NCBI GenBank assembly: GCA_965223005.1
Contig: CBDCVK010000008.1
Coordinates: 1-64,000, forward strand
DNA from: Terriglobia bacterium
GTDB lineage: Bacteria > Acidobacteriota > Terriglobia > JAJPHL01 > JAPKYU01
Reading direction: 5' to 3'
Length of the DNA stretch: 64,000 nucleotides
Every line of letters begins with the position of its first letter. The stretch's first letter is position 1. Below the pieces are notes generated by a model that saw only the letters and a list, made by a program, of their open reading frames with translations, had not been told where the DNA came from and did no database searches. The position numbers and the translations under genes are program-made. Below are positions 57,593-64,000 of the stretch, piece by piece.

Positions 57593-59668
57593 TCAAAACA
57601 CGTGACCAACCTTGATAAAGTACGTGTTCCCCTGCTCGGAGCGCTGGCCAAAAGCTGCCCTTCCTCGTTGAAACGCAAACTGAATCGAACCGAAGGGAGG
57701 CTTGTGGCGCCAGACGAATACCGCTTCCAGGTTTCTACGGTCAATCACCGAATTCGTCTGAAAGAATACTCGGATAAACAAATCGCGTGTGAAGTTCTGG
57801 CGAACGCGAATAACGTTAATGAAAGTGGCCTTTTTCTCCGGGTCAGGATCGAGCCAAACGCGTGAAAGTTGATATTCCAGGCCCAGTCCAGGAGTCAGCT
57901 TGCGCCGGACACGTGCGCTGACGGCATCGAGATCGGAGTCGAAGTTGCGGCCGGTTTGATAGCCCACCTGCCAGGACTGGTATTCCCGCGTGTTATACCC
58001 GACATTGAACTCCGCGCGATCGTTGTGAAAACCTTTTTCAAAGCGCTCGAAAACATTGCGGTGACTGGCCTCCAGGCTCCAGCGGTTACGAAACTCAACC
58101 TCCATGGTCTCGAAGTTGTGGTAATAGCGCAAAACGTTTTGCTGGCTCCAGTAGATCCTGTTTTTCGATTCCAGGGAAATACGCTGGACAGGGCCCTTTT
58201 CAACCCAGAAGGTCTTTTCCAGATCGCTGTCCATCTCTCGACGGTTGTCGTCGGGGATAAATCCGACGGCATTGACGTTGTCGCCGAAGCGGTCCCCCAG
58301 GTGGCTGTAACGGAAGTGGAAATGGGAAGTCGAGGTATCCCAGGCGGGCCGAACGAAGTAGGCCCAGCGCCCCGTCTTGAAGAGGCCATGGGAGCGGAGC
58401 AACTGGCCGGTGAAGCGCATCGTGCGGGTCGGGTGCATCGTCGTATCGAGACCGACCGAGCCGCGATTGCCCCCACCCAGGGAGCGGTTGGCGACCATGA
58501 AGCCGATATTGGACGATCGCAGGACTTGCCTTTCAGCCCTGGCTACCGTGTAGTTCGCGTGCTCGAAGGTGGGTGCGCCATCGGGTGCGGAGTCAACCTC
58601 CATTGAAGATGAGCGAACCGAAAGCAGGGCCAAGTCCCAGGGCCCCTTGCGGGAGAGTAGCTTGCCTCCAACGTCGATGTCCTGAATGCGGCGCGAGTAG
58701 AACGTCTGAATACGCTGCCGGAAGCGCTCGTTGCTTTCCAGGAAAAAGGGCCTTTTTTCTTCCAGGCGGACTTCGAAGCGGGTTAGATTGACGAATTCTT
58801 CATCCGCTTCAATGATGGCGAAATCGGGGTTGATGGTCAGATTCGCAGTCGTCTCCGGCCGGAAAGAATAGCGCAGGTCGAACCCCGCATTACCGGTGGT
58901 CTTCCCTCCCTGTTCGTAACCCCCCTGCACATACGGGATCAGGTCCCAGCGCTTGGCGCCGCCATGCAAGGTCAGGCCGAGAATCTCCCCGTACTGGGAA
59001 ACGCGGTAGGGCGACTCCAGCGGACCGGCCCAGAAGCTCTGCTCCAGATTGCTACGCCGAGACCGCCCGATGTTGATTCCCCAGGAGCGGTTCTCGCCGG
59101 AGTGAAACTGCATCCCGCGCAAGGGAATGGCGAACTCGGCTGTCCAGCCATCGGAATCCGTCCGGACAGCGACAAGCCACTCGGCATCCCAGCTGCTGTC
59201 CCGGACCCGCCCGTCGTCCTTGATCCGGCCATCGGTCTGGGTGCCCAGCGGATTCGTCGAGAAAAAGTAACAGGTGCGGCGGTCGTGAAAGGTGTCGAGA
59301 AAAACGGTAACGGAATCGTCCCTCGACAGCCTGTCGTCCCGACGGTTCAGGCGCGCAGTAATCTTCTCGGGTTCGGTGTCGTAGGAATGCACGGCAATGT
59401 AAACATTGTTATCGTCGTAGGCGAAGTAAGCGACCGTGCGTTGGGTCGCCGGCTTGCCTTGCTCCGGCTCCAGCTGAATGAAGTTTTCCAGTCGCGTGGC
59501 CCTGTCCCATTCGTCCCCGTGGATGATTCCGTCGATGGTGGGCGGCTGGGTTGTGCGGACGGCCGAAGCCGAGTGCGCGGCGGCTTGCAGAAGGGATGCG
59601 AAGAAGAGAAAAGCCGCAGCCGCCCGGACCAAGAGATCCAGCATCGCGTGCCGCTCCGAACTTTTCAT
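57593..59668 (-). CDS. CBM9-like / DUF5916 outer-membrane protein
   Basis: PTIDG, DTFHDRR, WTAEFAIP, INPDF..EAD, EKRPFFLE; C-terminal Phe. Confidence 0.82.
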   Translation of the reverse strand: MKSSERHAMLDLLVRAAAAFLFFASLLQAAAHSASAVRTTQPPTIDGIIHGDEWDRATRLENFIQLEPEQGKPATQRTVAYFAYDDNNVYIAVHSYDTEPEKITARLNRRDDRLSRDDSVTVFLDTFHDRRTCYFFSTNPLGTQTDGRIKDDGRVRDSSWDAEWLVAVRTDSDGWTAEFAIPLRGMQFHSGENRSWGINIGRSRRSNLEQSFWAGPLESPYRVSQYGEILGLTLHGGAKRWDLIPYVQGGYEQGGKTTGNAGFDLRYSFRPETTANLTINPDFAIIEADEEFVNLTRFEVRLEEKRPFFLESNERFRQRIQTFYSRRIQDIDVGGKLLSRKGPWDLALLSVRSSSMEVDSAPDGAPTFEHANYTVARAERQVLRSSNIGFMVANRSLGGGNRGSVGLDTTMHPTRTMRFTGQLLRSHGLFKTGRWAYFVRPAWDTSTSHFHFRYSHLGDRFGDNVNAVGFIPDDNRREMDSDLEKTFWVEKGPVQRISLESKNRIYWSQQNVLRYYHNFETMEVEFRNRWSLEASHRNVFERFEKGFHNDRAEFNVGYNTREYQSWQVGYQTGRNFDSDLDAVSARVRRKLTPGLGLEYQLSRVWLDPDPEKKATFINVIRVRQNFTRDLFIRVFFQTNSVIDRRNLEAVFVWRHKPPFGSIQFAFQRGRAAFGQRSEQGNTYFIKVGHVF

Positions 59669-60276
59669 TTACTTTTTGTCTCCAACTCTCGTTGGACTTC
59701 CTCCCAATCCTCAGCCGTGTTGATATTCTTGAACATCCGCTGGGAAAAACCAAACTGAAGCAATTGGTCGGGTGCCAGAACCTGCACGCGGAGTTGGGCG
59801 AGCCGGTCCACAATTCCCACAGGTTCCTCGTCGAGAGCCTGCTGCAGAACAGGGAGGCAGCCGCGCTGGTAGGCGGCGCAGAGCGGTTGCCACCCGTCGG
59901 CCGTTCTCGGAACCACGGCTTGCGCTTCCGATGCCAGAGCCTGATCGATCAGGAATTGCACGAAACGGCCTTCGAGAAATGGCAGGTCACAGGCCAAGAA
60001 GATGTTCCACTCGCAAGGCGAATTTTCGAGTCCCGTGCAGAGCGCCTCGAGCGGTCCCCGTCCGGGACGCCGGTCCGGAAGAACCGGGATTCCAAAGTCG
60101 CCGAAGCGGGCCGGAGGACCCAGCAGGGTGACTTGCGCCGCGTGCGGGCGGAGCAACTCCACCGCATGCTGGAAAAGCTGCCGGCCCTGGAACGGAAGCA
60201 GAGCTTTGTCCCGCCCCATGCGCCAGCTCCGGCCCCCAACCAGCACAAATCCGCTCACCGATAAAACTTCCGGCAT
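59665..60276 (-). CDS. mobA: Molybdenum cofactor guanylyltransferase
   Basis: LVGG.S.RMG.DKA, GPL, ACDLP, NINT. Confidence 0.92.
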   Translation of the reverse strand: MPEVLSVSGFVLVGGRSWRMGRDKALLPFQGRQLFQHAVELLRPHAAQVTLLGPPARFGDFGIPVLPDRRPGRGPLEALCTGLENSPCEWNIFLACDLPFLEGRFVQFLIDQALASEAQAVVPRTADGWQPLCAAYQRGCLPVLQQALDEEPVGIVDRLAQLRVQVLAPDQLLQFGFSQRMFKNINTAEDWEEVQRELETKSK

Positions 60277-60423
60277 CGCTCTTCGGCACCTTGCGCGCAG
60301 GCTAGCGCTTTCGCAGGACCTTTCGAACTAGTAGTGCTCGCGAGCGCTCATTGAATCACATAGAGCCAATATCGCGGAGCGTTAGGTCTACTCATCGTGC
60401 CGTTGCACCATGGGAACTGGGAA

Positions 60424-60927
60424 TCAGTGAGTGATCAATGCCAGGAGGTTGCCCCGAGCGTTGGCCGCCGTTTTCTTTGAAAAGCAGACCACCAGCACGG
60501 TGTCGTCACCGGCAATGGTGCCCACAATCTCCGGCCAGTTTTCCTGATCCAGAGCCAGCGCCAGCGGCTGCGCGTTGCCGGGGTTGGTGCGCAGCACCAG
60601 CAGGTTCTGCGCCTGGCGCACATCGCGCAGTACTTCCCCGGCTGTGCGCCGCAGGTGGCGGGTGCCGACTGAGTCGGGGCGGGACTCGTTTCCGCGCACC
60701 GAGGAAGCGGGCAAGACAGGGGACGGGTGCTGAGATGCCAGCGGTCCCACTTCCTTATACCCCCTGGCGGTCTTGGCCAACCCTAATTCGTGAACGTCCC
60801 GCGACAGGGTCACCTGAGTGGTGCGGATTCCCAAACGGTGGAGCTTGTCGGCCAGTTCTTCCTGTGTGTGAATCGCCTGGGACCGCACTAGCTTTAGAAT
60901 CTGTTCCTGTCGGTAGTGCTTGTTCAT
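60424..60927 (-). CDS. argR: Arginine repressor
   Basis: TQEEL, TQVTLSRD, GTIAGDDT. Confidence 0.95.
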   Translation of the reverse strand: MNKHYRQEQILKLVRSQAIHTQEELADKLHRLGIRTTQVTLSRDVHELGLAKTARGYKEVGPLASQHPSPVLPASSVRGNESRPDSVGTRHLRRTAGEVLRDVRQAQNLLVLRTNPGNAQPLALALDQENWPEIVGTIAGDDTVLVVCFSKKTAANARGNLLALITH

Positions 60928-60957
60928 CAGGCGTCAGGGGTCTCCTGCGGTTCCTGC

Positions 60958-62381
60958 CTATCGCCTACCGCGTTCTGACTCCCCCCTTTTCCAGGAGGCC
61001 AGGCGCCGACGGGCCTGGCCCAGGGCCCGGGCCACGGCCCGTCGGCCGGTGCCACCGGGCACCTCGCGGCGAGCGATGCCACGGGCATCCTTCAGCAGAG
61101 GCAACACATCTTTTCGGAAAGCCGGATGAAACTTTCGCAGCTCGCTCAGGCGCCAACGCTCCGGAGGACGGCCCCGCGCCAGGCCAGTGCGGACGATGCG
61201 GCCCACCGTCTGGTGGGCCTGGCGAAAGGGAACGCCCCGCAGAGCAAGGTACTCAGCCAGGTCGGTGGCGCACGACCAGCCGCCCACAGCGGCGGTCTTC
61301 ATCGCTTTCGGGCGCGGGGTGACGGTGGCTACCACCGTCGCCGTCATCTCCAGCGCGCCCCGCAACTCGTCGGCGGTGTCGAACACGGGTTCCTTGTCTT
61401 CCTGCAGGTCGCGGTTGTAGCTGAGCGGCAGCCCTTTCAACACCATCGCCAGAGCCACCAAGTGGCCCAGCACGCGGCCGGTTTTGCCGCGGATCAATTC
61501 CAGCGAATCGGGGTTTTTCTTCTGGGGCATCAGGCTGCTGCCGCTGGTGACTTCCTCAGCCAGCTCCAAGAAGCCGAATTCGTCGCTGGAATAGAGAATC
61601 CAGTCCTCGGCCAGCCGGCTCAGGTGCAGCAGCACACAGGAGGCGGAGGAGAGAAACTCCAACAGGAAATCGCGGTCCGACGCGGCATCCAGGCTGTTCG
61701 CGGTAAGAGCGGCGAAGCCAAGGTCGCGAGCCAGGGCCCGGCGATCCACCGGCAGGCCGCTGCCGGCCAGGGCGCCGCTGCCCAGCGGCATCACATTGGC
61801 GGATTCGTAGCAGCGCTCCAGGCGGCGCCGGTCGCGGGCCAGCATCTCGAAATAGGCCAGCAGGTAGTGCGACCACAGCACCGGTTGCGCGCGGCGCAGG
61901 TGCGTGTAGCCGGGCAGAACCAGGTTCGGCGCGCGTCCGGCTTGTTTCAGCAAAGCCTCCAGGAGACGGTCCAGCGCCCTAAGCGTGGCCCGGAGTTCCT
62001 CCTTCAACCAGATGCGAAGGTCCAGAGACACCTGTTCGTTGCGGCTGCGGCCAGTGTGCAGGCGATCGGCCAGCTCGTCCCCGGCGCGCTCAGCCATCAG
62101 GCGAATCACCAACGTATGCACGTCCTCGTCGTTAGCCTCTTCGAAGAAATTCGGATTGCCGCGCGCCTCGGTGGCCAGGCTGTCCAGCGCCGCCGCAACG
62201 CGTGCGGCCTCTTTGGCAGAATAAATGCCCAGACGTTGGAGCGCGCGCGCCCAGACCCGAGTGCCCTCCAGATCAGCAAAGAACAGCCGGCGATCGAACG
62301 ACAGCGAGCGGGAGAAGTCCTCAAACTGCTGCGCCTGATCGGCGCGCATCCGGGTCCGGTCGAATCGTCCACCCCACAGTT

Positions 62382-62385
<4 letters not shown>
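60958..62385 (-). CDS. argH: Argininosuccinate lyase
   Basis: [28 protein letters not shown]; ATGA overlap with argG. Confidence 0.96.
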
Positions 62386-63620
<1,235 letters not shown>

Positions 63621-63665
63621 CGGAATGATCTCGGTTGTTTGCCCAGGCCGGCGCCCTCCTGAGCG

Positions 63666-64000
63666 CTACCTGGTCAGAAACGTCAGCAGGATAGCCTTGG
63701 CCATGTGCAAGCGGTTTTCCGCCTGGTCGAACACCACTGAGCGTGGCGATTCAATGACTTCTTCCGACACCTCCTCGCCGCGATGGGCCGGCAAGCAGTG
63801 CATGAAGACGGCATCGGGTCGGGCACGGGCGAACAGCTCGGGGGTTACGCGGTACGGAGCGAAGACACGGGCGCGCTCGTCGGCCTCCTGCTCGAAGCCC
63901 ATGCTGGCCCAAACGTCGCTGTAGACGGCGTGTGCCCCTTCGACGGCTTCTTCGGCGACGTGCCCAACTTCCAGCCGCGCGCCGGTGCCCGATGCCAACT
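63666..64000 (-). CDS. argF: Ornithine carbamoyltransferase, C-terminal part
   Basis: DVWASMG, HCLPAHRG, DQAENRLH. Confidence 0.95.
   Translation of the reverse strand, partial: LASGTGARLEVGHVAEEAVEGAHAVYSDVWASMGFEQEADERARVFAPYRVTPELFARARPDAVFMHCLPAHRGEEVSEEVIESPRSVVFDQAENRLHMAKAILLTFLTR

Overview
A GC-rich bacterial chromosomal window, most likely from an acidobacterium (inferred from a Solibacter-type TIGR03437-like fragment, DUF3857 pairs, an ECF/Ser-Thr-kinase pair and PSD1/DUF1501 genes). Core content: methylmalonyl-CoA mutase large subunit, mreBCD-mrdA-rodA-rne/rng, a Wza/Wzc polysaccharide locus whose O-antigen ligase/polymerase-family gene is cleanly split by an intact IS5-family element (CTAG duplication), galE, two DUF3857/transglutaminase genes, a small protein plus amidase, NrdR-controlled class II ribonucleotide reductase, an RRM protein, tRNA-Asp(GTC), fdhD/fmdE/mobA and argF-argG-argH-argR. 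Accessory content: a 5.5-kb islet bounded by a 25-bp repeat of the tRNA-Asp 3' end, an integrase remnant, a HEAT-repeat/processive GT2 pair, and an AT-rich lipoprotein gene with an attC-like half site. The most unusual signal is a dispersed repeat of about 50 bp, seen four times. It carries a sigma70-type promoter and RBS, two copies run into a Ser/Thr-kinase N-terminal stub, and the copies sit at edges of accessory DNA. The 2.65-4.4 kb region looks like a chimeric consensus of IS-containing and IS-free alleles. All product calls come from motif recognition by eye; no database searches were run.
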